Source of the DNA: Hypanus sabinus
Taxonomy: Eukaryota
Direction of reading: 5' to 3'
Assembly (NCBI RefSeq): GCF_030144855.1
Contig: NC_082706.1
Location: forward strand, 57,164,001 to 57,228,000
Length of the DNA stretch: 64,000 bases
Positions 61,801 to 64,000 of this stretch are shown here, piece after piece. Below the pieces are notes generated by a model. The model did no database searches. It had not been told where the DNA came from and saw only the letters and a program-made list of their open reading frames with translations. A program made the position numbers and the translations under genes. How positions within the stretch are numbered: the stretch's first letter is position 1; every line of letters starts with the position of its first letter.

Positions 61801-64000
61801 TCTCAGTATCTGCCCTCTGACAGTGTGATGTATCTCAGTATCTTCCCTCTGACAGTGTGATGTATCTCAGTATCTCCCCTCTGACAGTGTGATGTCTCTC
61901 AGTATCTCCCATCTGACAGTGTGATGTGTCTCAGTATCTCCCCTCTGACAGTGTGATGTCTCTCAGTATCTGCCCTCTGACAGTGTGATGTCTCTCAGTA
62001 TCTCCCATCTGACAGTGTGATGTATCTCTGTATCTCCCCTCTGACAGAGTGATGTATCTCAGTATCTCCCCTCTGACAGTGTGATGTCTCTCAGTATCAC
62101 CCCTCTGACAGTGTGATGTATCTCAGTATCTCCCCTCTGACAGTGTGATGTCTCTCTCTATCTCCCCTCTGACAGTGTGATGTATCTCAGTATCTCCCCT
62201 CTGACAGTGTGATGTCTCTCTCTATCTCCCCTCTGACAGTGTGATGACTCTCAGTATCTCCCCTCTGACAGTGTGATGTATCTCAGTATCTCCCCTCTGA
62301 CAGTGTGATGTATCTCAGTATCTCCCCTCTGACAGTGTGATGTATCTCAGTATCTCCCCTCTGACAGTGTGATGTATCTCAGTATCTCCCCTCTGACAGT
62401 GTGATGTCTCTCAGTATCTCCCCTCTGACAGTGTGATGTCTCTCAGTATCTCCCCTCGGACAGTGTGATGTCTCTCAGTATCACCCCTCTGACAGTGTGA
62501 TGTATCTCAGTATCTCCCCTCCGGCAGTGTGATGTCTCTCAGTAACTCCCCTCTGACAGTGTGATGTATCTCGGTATCTCCCTCTGACAGTGTGATGTAT
62601 CTCAGTATCTCCCCTCTGACAGTGTGATGTATCTCAGTATCTCCCCTCTGACAGTGTGATTTATCTCAGTAACTCCCCTCTGACAGTGTGATGTATCTCA
62701 GTATCTCCCCTCTGACAGTGTGATGTATCTCAGTATCTCCCCTCTGACAGTGTGATGTCTCTCAGTATCTCCCCTCTGACAGTGTGATGTCTCTCAGTAT
62801 CTCCCATCTGACAGTGTGATGTGTCTCAGTATCTCCCCTCTGACAGTGAGATGTCTCTCAGTATCTCCCATCTGACAGTGTGATGTCTCTCAGTATCTCC
62901 CCTCTGACAGTGTGATGTCTCTCAGTATCTCCCATCTGACAGTGTGATGTGTCTCAGTATCTCCCCTCTGACAGTGTGATGTCTCTCAGTATCTGCCCTC
63001 TGACAGTGTGATGTATCTCAGTATCTCCCCTCTGACAGTGTGATGTATCTCAGTATCTCCCCTCTGACAGTGTGATGTTTCTCAGTATCTCCCCTCTGAC
63101 AGTGTGATGTATCTCAGTATCTCCCCTCTGACAGTGTGATGTATCTCAGTATCTCCCATCTGACAGTGTGATGTGTCTCAGTATCTCCCCTCTGACAGTG
63201 TGATGTCTCTCAGTATCTGCCCTCTGACAGTGTGATGTATCTCAGTATCTCCCCTCTGACAGTGTGATGTATCTCAGTATCTCCCCTCTGAGAGTGTGAT
63301 GTCTCTCAGTATCTCCCATCTGACAGTGTGATGTGTCTCAGTATCTCCCCTCTGACAGTGAGATGTCTCTCAGTATCTCCCATCTGACAGTGTGATGTCT
63401 CTCAGTATCTCCCCTCTGACAGTGTGATGTCTCTCAGTATCTCCCATCTGACAGTGTGATGTGTCTCAGTATCTCCCCTCTGACAGTGTGATGTCTCTCA
63501 GTATCTGCCCTCTGACAGTGTGATGTATCTCAGTATCTTCCCTCTGACAGTGTGATGTATCTCAGTATCTCCCCTCTGACAGTGTGATGTATCTCAGTAT
63601 CTCCCCTCTGACAGTGTGATGTCTCTCAGTATCTCCCATCTGACAGTGTGATGTGTCTCAGTATCTCCCCTCTGACAGTGAGATGTCTCTCAGTATCTCC
63701 CATCTGACAGTGTGATGTCTCTCAGTATCTCCCCTCTGACTGTGTGATGTATCTCAGTATCTCCCCTCTGACAGTGTGATGTATCTCAGTATCTCCCCTC
63801 TGACAGTGTGATGTCTCTCAGTATCTCCCCTCTGACAGTGTGATGTCTCTCACTATCTCCCATCTGACAGTGTGATGTCTCTCAGTATCTGCCCTCCGAC
63901 AGTGTGATGTATCTCAGTATCTCCCCTCTGACAGTGTGATGTCTCGCAGTATCTCCCCTCTGACAGTGTGATCTCTCAGTATCTCCCATCTGACAGTGTG
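52868..64000. repeat. 32-bp satellite, over 11 kb and running off the window, with higher-order repeats
   Basis: Unit atctcccctctgacagtgtgatgtatctcagt; variant markers recur at multiples of 32 bp. Confidence 0.97.

Noticed and set aside
41700-64000. CRISPR-like 32-bp periodicity
   Set aside because: Head-to-tail monomers with no unique spacers, in vertebrate DNA.

Overview
Vertebrate genomic DNA, probably a cartilaginous fish (inferred from the CR1/Rex1 repeat families and gene types), with several N gaps. Most of the window is LINE fragments, LTR relics and tandem arrays. Two immune genes lie on the minus strand. The first is a Siglec-like two-Ig receptor: V-set exon 52791-52435, C2-set exon 52101-51808, TM exon 46094-45977, cytoplasmic exon from 31087; its leader exon is outside the window. 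The second is a CXCR3-like chemokine receptor: short Tyr-rich first coding segment 30976-30908 and main exon 17862-16720. The main observation is that both genes appear to use the same 180-nt exon (31087-30908). The Siglec-like stop codon (30984-30982) lies 5 nt before the receptor ATG (30976), and every splice phase matches, which suggests a shared-exon or bicistronic arrangement. Both proteins have changed key motifs: Siglec essential Arg to Lys; receptor DRY to ERH and TxP to SLL. Also present: a truncated ERV (tRNA-Arg PBS, gag, amber readthrough, protease, partial 2H phosphoesterase), a Gypsy 3' end, a Tc1 fragment, a direct repeat flanking the receptor gene, and an 11-kb 32-bp satellite with higher-order structure. 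All gene models are manual, from sequence only, with no transcript evidence.
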